64,000 nt of DNA from an uncultured bacterium (GTDB taxonomy: Bacteria > SAR324 > NAC60-12). Location: the NCBI GenBank assembly GCA_965662235.1, contig CBFIGY010000001.1:1-64000 (forward strand). The letters are read 5' to 3'. The notes beneath the pieces were generated by a model. The model had not been told where the DNA came from. It did not search any database and saw only the letters and a list, made by a program, of their open reading frames with translations. Below, in pieces: positions 10,469 to 19,893 of the stretch. Position 1 is the stretch's first letter, and every line of letters begins with the position of its first letter. A program made the position numbers and the translations under genes.

Positions 10469-10705
10469 TCAGTCCTCGGCCACATCAAACTCACGGTCCA
10501 GCTTGTTCATCTGAGCGACATACACCCAGATCAGGATCACAAACACATAAATGGACCCCTGCTGCGCAAACCAGAATCCTAGCTTGCCCAACCCTGGGGC
10601 AAAGAGAATGCCGGCGCCATAGGAGCAGAGGAACCAGATGATCAGCAGGTTCCTCATGATGCCGACGTTGCGGCGCCAGTATTCTTGCAATCGAGCTTTA
10701 TCCAT
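10469..10705 (-). CDS. DUF4212 small membrane subunit accompanying ActP
   Basis: YWRRN...LLIIWF...GFWFAQQGSIYVFV...MNKLDREF. ATG 10705 has a GGAGG RBS. Confidence 0.85.
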   Translation of the reverse strand: MDKARLQEYWRRNVGIMRNLLIIWFLCSYGAGILFAPGLGKLGFWFAQQGSIYVFVILIWVYVAQMNKLDREFDVAED

Positions 10706-10908
10706 AGGCCTCCGGATTGAGGATAGAAGTGAGGGGAGTGTAGGCGGCCCTCCATTGAGAGGACGGGTTTTTATAGCTGAAAACCGCCCCATAATCAATA
10801 ATTATCTTGATCATCCGCCCTTTTATGATCTAACAATCCCTCCCGTTGTGAGGGATTTCTTTTAAAAATTTCGGACCTTTGACAACCGAAGAGAGGGGAG
10901 GGGCTGCC

Positions 10909-11121
10909 GTGCGATTTCAACGCTTGGCCGGAATGAGTTTAACCGGAGCGCTCTTGTTCAATTATCCGGTAATTTCCGTATTCAGTCGTCTGGAGGCCTC
11001 CGGGACCTTTCCACCGCTCTACCTGTTCCTGTTTGGGGTCTGGGGAGCGCTGATTGGGCTGACGGCCTTCTTGATGGAACGGCATGGCCGTGTGACAGCG
11101 CCTCCTGAGGACGGCTCATGA
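10909..11121 (+). CDS. Small two-TM membrane protein overlapping the kinase start
   Basis: Two hydrophobic segments (LLFNYP..., PPLYLFLFGVWGALI). GTG start after GGAGG; ATGA overlap with the next gene. Confidence 0.7.
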   Translation: MRFQRLAGMSLTGALLFNYPVISVFSRLEASGTFPPLYLFLFGVWGALIGLTAFLMERHGRVTAPPEDGS

Positions 11122-13898
11122 TGGCCAACGCCTGGCTCCTGCTGACAGCACTGACGTACCTTGCCTTGCTGTTTGGCATCGCCTACCGGACCGATCGGTT
11201 CCGGGAGGAAGGCCGGAGCTGGATCAACAACGCCAACGTCTACTCGCTCTCGCTGGCGGTGTACTGCACGGCGTGGACGTTTTACGGAAGCGTGGGCCTG
11301 GCAGCCAGTCAGGGCTTCATGTTTCTGCCGATCTACCTTGGCCCAACGCTGCTGGCACTGCTCTGGAGCGGCGTCCTCCGCAAGATCATCCGCATTGCCA
11401 AGCGCTACGCCCTCACCTCGCTTGCAGACTTCCTCTCTGTCCGTTACGGGAACCACACGTTCCTAGGAGGGCTGGTCACCTTCATCGCCTTTGTCGGCAT
11501 CTTGCCCTACATTTCGCTGCAGATCAAAGCCATTGGCTTTGGGTTTGAGCTCCTCGCCGAGCCTCCGGATCAGTTAGCCACCGGCAGTACCTCCGACTCC
11601 ACCACCTTCTTTGTCACGCTGGTTCTGGTGGCCTTCACCATCCTCTTTGGGGTCCGGCACCTTGACGCAACGGAGCGGCACGAGGGCATGGTCGCTGCCA
11701 TTGCCTTTGAGTCCCTCATCAAGCTCCTGGCTTTCCTCGCCTGTGGCCTCTTCATCGTCTATGGCGTCTACGGAGGATTTTCCAATCTCTTCCAGAAGGC
11801 GGCCGCGGTGCCAGACCTGGCACGGCTCTGGACCCTGGGTCAGGAGGGAGGTTATGAGGAGTGGTTCTTTCTGAACCTGCTGGCGATGCTGGCCATTTTG
11901 CTGCTGCCTCGGCAGTTTCAGGTCGCGGTTGTGGAAAACGTCAACGAACGGCACGTTGACCGAGCCTCGTGGCTCTTCCCCCTCTACCTGCTGCTGATCA
12001 ACATCTTTGTCCTGCCCATTGCCCTTGCAGGGCGTCTGGAATTTCCGGAGGGACAGATTGATGCCGACACCTTCATGCTGACCCTCCCCCTGCACCTCGG
12101 GAACGGATGGGTCGCCTGGCTCGTGTTCCTCGGAGGCCTCTCTGCGGCAACCAGCATGATCGTTGTGGAGTCAGTGGCTCTGAGCAACATGATCTGCAAC
12201 TCGCTGGTGATGCCGATCCTCATCCGCATGCCCTTCGTCAACCTCAAGGAGGGCAAGGGACTGAACCGGGTGCTGCTGTTCATCCGGCGGGCCAGTGTGG
12301 CCCTGGTCCTCTTTGCCAGCTACGCCTACTTCCAGACGGTCAGCAGCGCCTACTCGCTGGTCTCCATTGGGCTCATTTCCTTTCTGGCAGTCGCTCAGTT
12401 TGCCCCTGCCCTGCTGGGGGGACTCTACTGGCGCAACGGCAACCGCACCGGGGCCTTGCTGGGCATCAGCATTGGCTTCGCCGTCTGGGCCTACACCCTC
12501 CCCTTTGGTCAAATGATCCAGGCCGGCTGGTTTGAAGCGTCGTGGCTCACAGAAGGTCCCGGAGGCCTCAGCTGGCTTCGGCCGGTGACGCTATTTGGGT
12601 TTGAAGGCGCCAAGCCCATTGTGCAGGCCACCTTCTGGAGCCTGCTCCTCAACACCCTCGCCTACGTCGGCGGCTCCCTGCTCACCACGCCCTCTCGCTT
12701 GGAGCGACAGCAGGCCCGGCTGTTCGTCGGAGCCATGAGCTTTTCGGAGCACAGCAACTCCCTCCGGACCTGGCAGGGCACCGCCACTCCGGTTCAGCTG
12801 CAGCGGCTGCTGGAGCGCTTCCTTGGACGCGAGCACACCCGACACGCCCTCGCCCGCTACGCCGCCTCGCAGAAGGTGAGCCTCGCTGAGCTCTTTGCTG
12901 CAGATGTCGCTGACGCCGAACTGATTCAGCACACCGAGAAACTGCTTTCCGGAAGCATCGGCTCCGTCTCCGCCCGCATCATGGTCGCCTCCGTCGTGGA
13001 GGAAGAACCCCTCGGCATGGAGGCGGTCATGGATCTGCTGGATGCGACCCAGCAGGCCATTGCCTACGGCCAGCAGCTTGAGGAAAAGTCCAAGGAGCTG
13101 CAAAAGGTCTCCGACGACCTCCAGAGCGCCAACCTCCGGCTTCAGGAGCTCGACCGGCTCAAGGATGACTTCATCTCCACCATCACGCATGAGCTCCGGA
13201 CCCCACTCACCTCCATCCGGGCGTTTTCGGAGATCCTTCATGACACCCCAGGGCTTCCGGAAGAGAAACAACGCGAGTTCCTCGGCATCATCATCAAGGA
13301 AAGCGAACGCCTCACCCGCCTCATTGGACAGATCCTCGACTTTGAAAAGCTTGAGTCCGGGAAGATGGACTGGCACCTCCAGCCCCTAGACCTCCAGGCC
13401 CTCTGTGAAGATGCCCTTGCCTCGCTCGGACAGCTGCTGCGCGACCAGCACATTGCTGTGGAGACGCACTTTCCTGACACCCCGTTGCAGGTGGAGGGCG
13501 ATTACGACCGCCTGCTGCAGGTGCTCATCAACCTCCTCTCCAATGCCGTCAAGTTCTGTCCCAAACAGGCAGGACGCATTGAGGTTTCCGTGAAAAGGCT
13601 TGAAGAACATGCCGAGATCCGTGTAAAAGACAACGGCATCGGCATTCCCGAAAAGGAGAGGAGCGCAGTGTTCGAGAAGTTCCGTCAGGTTCAGAACACC
13701 AGCGAGGGAAAGCCGGCCGGAACCGGCCTGGGCCTGTCGATCAGCAAGAATATTGTGGAGCACCATGGGGGAACCATTGGGGTCGCCCCCGGAAGCGAGT
13801 TCGGCGCCATCTTCTACTTCACCCTGCCGCTGCTCTCCGAAACCCCTGCTCCGCCCAACCTGCAAGGAGGTTATGTCCCAGAAAATTCTGATCGTTGA
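11118..13898 (+). CDS. SLC5 (Na+/solute symporter-like)-STAC-histidine kinase, CrbS/CbrA-like
   Basis: N-terminal SSS-like TM block (YSLSLAVYCTAWTFYGSVG, LPRQFQV), STAC-like LLERFLG...GSIGSVSAR, H-box THELRTPL, N-box NLLSNAVKF, DNGIG, GTGLGLSI. Confidence 0.9.
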   Translation: MMANAWLLLTALTYLALLFGIAYRTDRFREEGRSWINNANVYSLSLAVYCTAWTFYGSVGLAASQGFMFLPIYLGPTLLALLWSGVLRKIIRIAKRYALTSLADFLSVRYGNHTFLGGLVTFIAFVGILPYISLQIKAIGFGFELLAEPPDQLATGSTSDSTTFFVTLVLVAFTILFGVRHLDATERHEGMVAAIAFESLIKLLAFLACGLFIVYGVYGGFSNLFQKAAAVPDLARLWTLGQEGGYEEWFFLNLLAMLAILLLPRQFQVAVVENVNERHVDRASWLFPLYLLLINIFVLPIALAGRLEFPEGQIDADTFMLTLPLHLGNGWVAWLVFLGGLSAATSMIVVESVALSNMICNSLVMPILIRMPFVNLKEGKGLNRVLLFIRRASVALVLFASYAYFQTVSSAYSLVSIGLISFLAVAQFAPALLGGLYWRNGNRTGALLGISIGFAVWAYTLPFGQMIQAGWFEASWLTEGPGGLSWLRPVTLFGFEGAKPIVQATFWSLLLNTLAYVGGSLLTTPSRLERQQARLFVGAMSFSEHSNSLRTWQGTATPVQLQRLLERFLGREHTRHALARYAASQKVSLAELFAADVADAELIQHTEKLLSGSIGSVSARIMVASVVEEEPLGMEAVMDLLDATQQAIAYGQQLEEKSKELQKVSDDLQSANLRLQELDRLKDDFISTITHELRTPLTSIRAFSEILHDTPGLPEEKQREFLGIIIKESERLTRLIGQILDFEKLESGKMDWHLQPLDLQALCEDALASLGQLLRDQHIAVETHFPDTPLQVEGDYDRLLQVLINLLSNAVKFCPKQAGRIEVSVKRLEEHAEIRVKDNGIGIPEKERSAVFEKFRQVQNTSEGKPAGTGLGLSISKNIVEHHGGTIGVAPGSEFGAIFYFTLPLLSETPAPPNLQGGYVPENSDR

Positions 13899-14256
13899 AG
13901 ACGATCCCGCGATTGTCGTCTCCCTAGAATTCCTGATGGGACAGCATGGCTACGAGGTCCGGGTTGCCCAAAACGGAGAGGACGGAGAAGCCCTGGCCCG
14001 CGAGTTTCATCCGGACCTGATGCTGCTCGACGTCAACCTTCCCCTCAAGTCCGGATTTGAAATCTGCCAGCAGCTGCGCTCCGAACCTGAGTTTGATGCC
14101 ACCTACATCATCCTCCTGACGGCCAAGGGTCGGGAGGTGGACATTGAGAAGGGCACCGCGCTGGGGGCCGACGCCTACGTCACCAAGCCCTTTTCCACCC
14201 GTGAGCTGATTCCACAGGTTCAGGGCCTGCTGACCCAACCCCGGCGTCCTTCATGA
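13873..14256 (+). CDS. Single-domain response regulator (receiver only)
   Basis: ILIVEDD, LLDVNLP (phospho-Asp), LLTAK, KPFS. ATG 13873 follows an AGGAGG RBS. No output domain. Confidence 0.9.
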   Translation: MSQKILIVEDDPAIVVSLEFLMGQHGYEVRVAQNGEDGEALAREFHPDLMLLDVNLPLKSGFEICQQLRSEPEFDATYIILLTAKGREVDIEKGTALGADAYVTKPFSTRELIPQVQGLLTQPRRPS

Positions 14257-16376
14257 AACGGCAGCAACGCATCCTGCTCCTGTGGTTTGGCAGCGTCTTG
14301 CTCCTCATTGCCTTTGCCGCCGCGCCCTTCCTTTACCTTCAGTCCCAGCTCACCCCCGACCAGCACCGCCTCATCTTCGAGTGGCTGGGAGACTCACGGT
14401 ACCTGCTGGCGGTCCCGGTGGTCAGCCTGCTTGCCCTGGTCATCTTCGGTTCCCGTTGGATCCTAGAACAGCTCTGGGTCCCAATGGGGCAGCTGAGTGA
14501 ATCCCTTCAGACCCTGCTGGAGCACCCCTCGGGTCCTCCCATTGAAGTCAAAGGCGCCCCGGCGCTGGTCACCCTCGGTCAGCTGCTGAACCGTCAGGCT
14601 GAACGGACCGCGCAGCTGCAGGCCCAGGTGGAGGGGCAGATCGCAGAGGCCAAGGAAACGCTGGAGCGTGAAAAGAACGTCCTTGCCGCCCTCGTGGAGG
14701 AGCTCCGGGAGGGGGTTGTGGTCTGCAACAAAGACGGCCTGGTCCTGCTCTACAACCGCTCTGCCCGGCGCCTGCTCAACGAAGACGGAGGCCACCAGAC
14801 GCCCCTAGGGCTCGGGCGCTCCATCAAGGAGGTCATGCAGACCCCGCTGCTCGACTACACCCTCAGCGAGCTGCAGGACCGTCAAACGTCCGGAAGCACC
14901 AACCTCACCCAGCCCTTTTCCTTTTGGCAGGAATCCCGGATGCTCCGGGTGCAGACGCTTGGCATCCTCGATCCCAATCGGGAGCTGAGCGGTTTCGTGT
15001 TTGTCTGTGAAGACCTCTCGCCCCGTCCGGAGGCCTACCCCTTCAGCGTCTTTGAGCAGCAGCAGAAGGAGAAGCGCCGCACCAGCATTGCCAACGTTCG
15101 GGCGTCTGTGGAAATGATCCTCGACTATCCGGACATTCCTCCGGAGAAACAGCGGGTCTTCCTGGAGACCATTCATGCCAACGCGGTGCAGCTTTCTGAG
15201 CTTCTCGAGGTCACGCCTGCTCAGTCCGCCGAACAGCTCCGCCAGCACTGCCCGCTGGAGCCGGTGCCGGCGCAGGAGTGGCTGGCCCGCTTCCTCCGGG
15301 AGCACAAGGGGGCCCCGGAACTGGTGCCACACGGAGACGGTGCCGTGGCCACCTGTGGGCTCCGGGTGAACGCCTACCTCTTCAACCGGATGCTGATCTT
15401 CCTCTTTGAACAGCTTCAGCGCGTGCTGGAAGTCACCTCCCTCCGTTACCAGTTGCAGCAGGAGGGACGCTTTGTCCTCCTCGACTTCAACTGGCAGGGC
15501 AAGGAGCTCCCGGCCACCGCGTTGCGGCAGCTGCTGGAAGAACGTGTCGAGAGCAGCGACGGCACCCCACTGGGCATCTCAGAAATCCTCCAGCGCCATG
15601 ACGCGGAGGTCTGGTTTCAGGGAGGCGCCGAAAGCTCCGAACACGGGCTGCGCTTCTTTCTGCCTGCTGAGGTCGAGGTCACCTCCAGTGAGCAGACTCA
15701 CCTCTCCCTCGAAAGCCGACCGGTCTTCTACGACTTTGACCTCTTCAACAAAACCTCCCTTCCGCCAGAGCTCAAAGACGTCCCCCTCCGGGAGCTGCGC
15801 TACACGGTCTTTGATACGGAAACCACAGGCCTCAATCCCAGCGCGGGGGACGAGATCATTTCCATTGGCGCCTACCGCATTGTCAATGGGAAGCTGCTGG
15901 AGAATGAGACCTTTCAGCAGCTCATCGACCCTCAGCGGGCCATTTCGGAAGCGTCCATCGCGGTTCACGGCATCACTCCGGAACAGGTGACCGGGAAGCC
16001 GCTGATCACAGAAGTCCTGCCCCGCTTCCACCGCTTCACCGAAGGCTCTGTGCTCGTTGCCCACAATGCAGCCTTCGACCTGCGCTTTCTGGAGCTGAAG
16101 GAACGCGCCAGCAAGGTCCGCTTCACCCAACCGGTGCTGGACACGCTGCTGCTGTCTGCTGTCGCACAGCCCAAGCAGAACCTGCATAGCCTGGATGAGA
16201 TCGCCCGGCGCTTCGGGGTGATGGTGGAAGACCGGCACTCGGCGATGGGAGATGCTTGGGTCACCGCCCAGGTCTTCCTCCGTTTGGTTCCCATGCTTGA
16301 GGAAAAAGGCATCCGGACCCTCGAAGAAGCACAAAATGCAGCAAAGGAGACCTATTACGCGAAGCTGAAGTACTGA
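14253..16376 (+). CDS. Membrane PAS / degenerate histidine-kinase scaffold fused to a DnaQ-like DEDDh 3'-5' exonuclease
   Basis: 2 TM segments, coiled coil, PAS (EGVVVCNKDGLVLLYN), His-less DHp-like segment, and C-terminal VFDTETTG / AHNAAFD / HSAMGDA. Confidence 0.82.
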   Translation: MKRQQRILLLWFGSVLLLIAFAAAPFLYLQSQLTPDQHRLIFEWLGDSRYLLAVPVVSLLALVIFGSRWILEQLWVPMGQLSESLQTLLEHPSGPPIEVKGAPALVTLGQLLNRQAERTAQLQAQVEGQIAEAKETLEREKNVLAALVEELREGVVVCNKDGLVLLYNRSARRLLNEDGGHQTPLGLGRSIKEVMQTPLLDYTLSELQDRQTSGSTNLTQPFSFWQESRMLRVQTLGILDPNRELSGFVFVCEDLSPRPEAYPFSVFEQQQKEKRRTSIANVRASVEMILDYPDIPPEKQRVFLETIHANAVQLSELLEVTPAQSAEQLRQHCPLEPVPAQEWLARFLREHKGAPELVPHGDGAVATCGLRVNAYLFNRMLIFLFEQLQRVLEVTSLRYQLQQEGRFVLLDFNWQGKELPATALRQLLEERVESSDGTPLGISEILQRHDAEVWFQGGAESSEHGLRFFLPAEVEVTSSEQTHLSLESRPVFYDFDLFNKTSLPPELKDVPLRELRYTVFDTETTGLNPSAGDEIISIGAYRIVNGKLLENETFQQLIDPQRAISEASIAVHGITPEQVTGKPLITEVLPRFHRFTEGSVLVAHNAAFDLRFLELKERASKVRFTQPVLDTLLLSAVAQPKQNLHSLDEIARRFGVMVEDRHSAMGDAWVTAQVFLRLVPMLEEKGIRTLEEAQNAAKETYYAKLKY

Positions 16377-16491
16377 AGTTTTGCCATTTCCTGCATAATC
16401 TGTAACTTTAGTGAGTTTACTCAAAGCCGTTCAGCACCCCGACGGTTTTCTGGCCAACCGACCTCTGCCCTCTTTGCTGGGACCGCATCCC

Positions 16492-17931
16492 ATGCCACTG
16501 CAGCTACACAACTCCCTCACTCAGCAACTGGAACCCTTCACTCCGCTGCACCCGGGGCGTGCCACTCTGTACGTCTGTGGCCCCACCGTTTACAGCGACA
16601 GCCACCTGGGACACGCCAAGACCTACGTCAGCTTTGACATCATGCTCCGCTGGCTCCGGGCCCTGGGGCTGAAGACCTTCTACGTCCAGAACATCACCGA
16701 CGTGGGCCACCTGCTCGGAGACACCGATGATGGAGACGACCGCCTGATCAAGAAGGCCCAGGAGCTCGACCAGGAGCCCATGGCGGTTGCTGAAACCTAC
16801 ACACGGGAGCACTTCGCGGCCATGGACCAGCTGGGGGTCATTCGGCCAGACATTTCACCGCGCGCCACCGGGCACATTCCTGAGCAATTAGAGGCCATTG
16901 CCGAATTAATTTCCCGCGGGTTGGCGTATGAAGCAAATGGGTCCGTCTACTTCAGTGTGAGTCAGGACCCGCAGTATGGTGAATTGTCCAACCGGACCCT
17001 TGAGGAACTGCAGGAGAGCGGTCGCATTGAGTCCCGTCAGGAGAAACGCGATCCGCGAGACTTTGCCCTCTGGAAACGGGCAGAGCCCGGACACCTGATG
17101 CGGTGGCGTGACCCTTATAGCGGCTGGGGCTACCCCGGATGGCACACCGAGTGTGTCGTCATGAGCACCCGCTACCTGGGGGACGCCTTCGACATCCACG
17201 GAGGGGGCATGGACCTCAAGTTTCCGCACCACGAGTGCGAAATTGCCCAAGCCCGGCACCTCGGCAAGCCCTTTGCAACTTACTGGTTGCACAGCAACAT
17301 GCTCACCATCGACGGACAGAAGATGAGCAAGTCTGCGGGCAACTTTGTGACCATCAAGGACGCCTTTACCGCTTACGATCCCTTGGTGGTCCGTTACTTT
17401 GTCGCTGCGAGCCACTACCGCTCGGTGGTCGACTACAGCACCTCGGCCCTGCAGGGCGCCCGTCAGGCCCTGCGGCGCTTGCACCAGACGGTCCGGGCCC
17501 TCCGCAGTCGCTTGCCGGAACCCACAACGGCGTCAGCAGGGGCCTTCTTTGAAACGCAGCGCCTCGCCTTTGAGGCGGCCATGAATGATGACTTTGGCAC
17601 CCCTCAGGCCCTTGCGGCTCTTTTTGACCTGAGCCACGAGGTCAACCGGTTGCTGAGCACCCAAGACCCCAACCCGGCGGCCATTCAGGAGGCCGAATTC
17701 CTCTTCCGGACCCTGGGAGGCGACGTGCTGGGCGTGATTCCTCACGAATTAGGGGAAGCGGAAGCCACCGGAGCCCTAGACGGGGTCATGGACCTCGTGA
17801 TTGAACTGCGGACGCAGTTCCGAGCAGAAAAAGACTATGCGCGGTCCGACCTCATCCGGGACCGCTTGAAAGAGACAGGGATTCTCCTCAAGGACTCCAA
17901 GGAAGGAACCACCTGGGAACCCGAACCCTAA
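16492..17931 (+). CDS. cysS: Cysteinyl-tRNA synthetase
   Basis: [31 protein letters not shown]. Start placed at ATG 16492. Confidence 0.95.
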   Translation: MPLQLHNSLTQQLEPFTPLHPGRATLYVCGPTVYSDSHLGHAKTYVSFDIMLRWLRALGLKTFYVQNITDVGHLLGDTDDGDDRLIKKAQELDQEPMAVAETYTREHFAAMDQLGVIRPDISPRATGHIPEQLEAIAELISRGLAYEANGSVYFSVSQDPQYGELSNRTLEELQESGRIESRQEKRDPRDFALWKRAEPGHLMRWRDPYSGWGYPGWHTECVVMSTRYLGDAFDIHGGGMDLKFPHHECEIAQARHLGKPFATYWLHSNMLTIDGQKMSKSAGNFVTIKDAFTAYDPLVVRYFVAASHYRSVVDYSTSALQGARQALRRLHQTVRALRSRLPEPTTASAGAFFETQRLAFEAAMNDDFGTPQALAALFDLSHEVNRLLSTQDPNPAAIQEAEFLFRTLGGDVLGVIPHELGEAEATGALDGVMDLVIELRTQFRAEKDYARSDLIRDRLKETGILLKDSKEGTTWEPEP

Positions 17932-17948
17932 CCACCGAGTGGAACGCT

Positions 17949-19733
17949 ATGCCCGAAGAATCGGAACTTTCCAATAAGGTCCTCCTCCGTCGCCTGGGCA
18001 AGCTGATCTGGCCCTACAAGGGTTGGATCCTCTTCAGCATCCTCTGCATGATCGGCTTCAACGTCTTCACGGCGGCGCCGGCCTATTATGCCAAGGACAT
18101 TGTTGATACCATCACCTACGGCGACGACCCCGGCCTGCAGCAGTACTTTCTGGTGGGGTTGGGACTGATCATCGTCTTCACGCTCAAGGGCCTGTGTTTC
18201 TTTGGCAACACCTACAGCGTGGGCTACATCGTCCAGCGCATGGTTGCGGAGCTGCGCCAGAGCCTCTTCTCACACCTGACCCACCTTTCCTTTTCCTTCT
18301 TCTCTCGCTCCAAAACCGGTGACCTGATTTCCCGGTTCACCAACGACCTGCACGTGCTCCAGAGCACCCTGCAGATTGGCGTCAACGGTCCTTTCCGGGA
18401 CATCCCGCAGTTCTTTCTGCTGCTGGGCATCATGATCTACCGGAGCTGGGACCTGGCCCTCGTCACCTTCACCATCATCCCGGTGGCGCTGTTCTTCATC
18501 CGCATGTTCGGACGCAGCAACAAAAAAGCGGTCAGCAAGCGGCAGATCAGCTTCGGAGGCCTCAGCAGCCTACTGGTCGAAACCATTTCAGGCATCCGGG
18601 TGGTCAAGGCCTTTGGCATGGAGTCTTATGAAAACGACCGCTTCCGCAAATCCAATGAGCGCCTGTACCGCAACCACATGCGCTCCATCCTCATCGACTC
18701 CTACTCCACCCCGGTCATTGAAGTGATTGGCGCCGCCGCCGGGGCCACCATTGTCATCTACGGCGGCTACCTCATCATTCAGGATTCCATCACACCGGGA
18801 GACTTCACGTCCTTCATCCTGAGCTTCTTCATGCTCAATGACCCGGTCAAGAAGCTCAACGGCTTCAACCTCAAGCTGCAGGAAGGCCTGGTGGCGCTCC
18901 GTCGCATCTTCGTGGTGCTGGATGAACAGCCCGACATCGTCTCTCCACCGAATCCGGTAGTGCTGGACGGGCTCCGTCAGGGCATTGAGATCGACATTCA
19001 GGAGTTCAACTACCCGGGCAAGCCCGAACCGGCTCTCCGGGACCTGAAGCTGCGGCTTCCCAAGGGGCAGGCCCTGGCGCTCGTTGGCAGCAGCGGCTCC
19101 GGAAAGACCACCCTTGCGAACCTCATCCCGCGCTTCTTTGATGTCGATAAGGGGCGCATCTGCATTGACGGGCACGACCTCCGGGAGCTGGACCTGCAGT
19201 CCCTGAGGCGCAACATCGCCATTGTCACGCAGGACACCGTGCTGTTCAACGACACCATTGGCAACAACATCTCCTATGGCGACCTAGGCTGCTCTCAGGA
19301 ACGCCTGATTGCTGCCGCCAAGGCGGCCAACGCGCACGAGTTCATCATGCAGCAGCCGCAGGGCTACGACACCATGATTGGCGAAAAGGGCGTTCGGCTC
19401 TCCGGTGGTCAGCGCCAGCGTCTGGCAATTGCCCGGGCTCTTGTGAAGGATGCCCCGATCCTCATTCTCGATGAGGCCACCTCGGCCCTCGACTCAGAGT
19501 CAGAAATCGAAGTCCAGCAGGCCATTGAGTACCTGATGGCCAACCGCACCACCTTAGTCATTGCCCACCGGCTTTCCACCATCCGGAACGCCCACCGCAT
19601 CTGTGTGCTGGAAGACGGACGCATGGTGGAATACGGCGCCCACAGTGAATTGCTGCAGCGCAAGGGGCGGTACTACCAGCTCCACGCCATGCAGTTTCGA
19701 GATCTTCCGCAACCCATCGCGGCCGCTTCGTAA
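17949..19733 (+). CDS. msbA: MsbA-like ABC exporter (TMD+NBD)
   Basis: GSSGSGKTT, LSGGQRQR, ILDEATSALD, N-terminal TM domain. Confidence 0.8.
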   Translation: MPEESELSNKVLLRRLGKLIWPYKGWILFSILCMIGFNVFTAAPAYYAKDIVDTITYGDDPGLQQYFLVGLGLIIVFTLKGLCFFGNTYSVGYIVQRMVAELRQSLFSHLTHLSFSFFSRSKTGDLISRFTNDLHVLQSTLQIGVNGPFRDIPQFFLLLGIMIYRSWDLALVTFTIIPVALFFIRMFGRSNKKAVSKRQISFGGLSSLLVETISGIRVVKAFGMESYENDRFRKSNERLYRNHMRSILIDSYSTPVIEVIGAAAGATIVIYGGYLIIQDSITPGDFTSFILSFFMLNDPVKKLNGFNLKLQEGLVALRRIFVVLDEQPDIVSPPNPVVLDGLRQGIEIDIQEFNYPGKPEPALRDLKLRLPKGQALALVGSSGSGKTTLANLIPRFFDVDKGRICIDGHDLRELDLQSLRRNIAIVTQDTVLFNDTIGNNISYGDLGCSQERLIAAAKAANAHEFIMQQPQGYDTMIGEKGVRLSGGQRQRLAIARALVKDAPILILDEATSALDSESEIEVQQAIEYLMANRTTLVIAHRLSTIRNAHRICVLEDGRMVEYGAHSELLQRKGRYYQLHAMQFRDLPQPIAAAS

Positions 19734-19893
19734 CAAAGCCTCTCCAGGAGCCGGGATTCCAGCGGCTCACTCCCCACTTTCTTCCGCGCCTTCGGAAACG
19801 ACTCGTTGCAAAATACCGTTGGCGCTTCGTTCATTTCCTTCCTAAACTATTGATCCGAACCGGATTACCCTCAACCCTCTCTTTGAGACTGTC

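Noticed and set aside
10790..10806. Fur-box-like ATAATCAATAATTATC
   Set aside because: Half-site spacing does not fit the 19-bp Fur consensus and there is no iron-related context.
14253..16376. Annotation as DNA polymerase III epsilon (dnaQ)
   Set aside because: Membrane anchor, PAS domain and kinase-like scaffold plus operon context argue against a replisome subunit.
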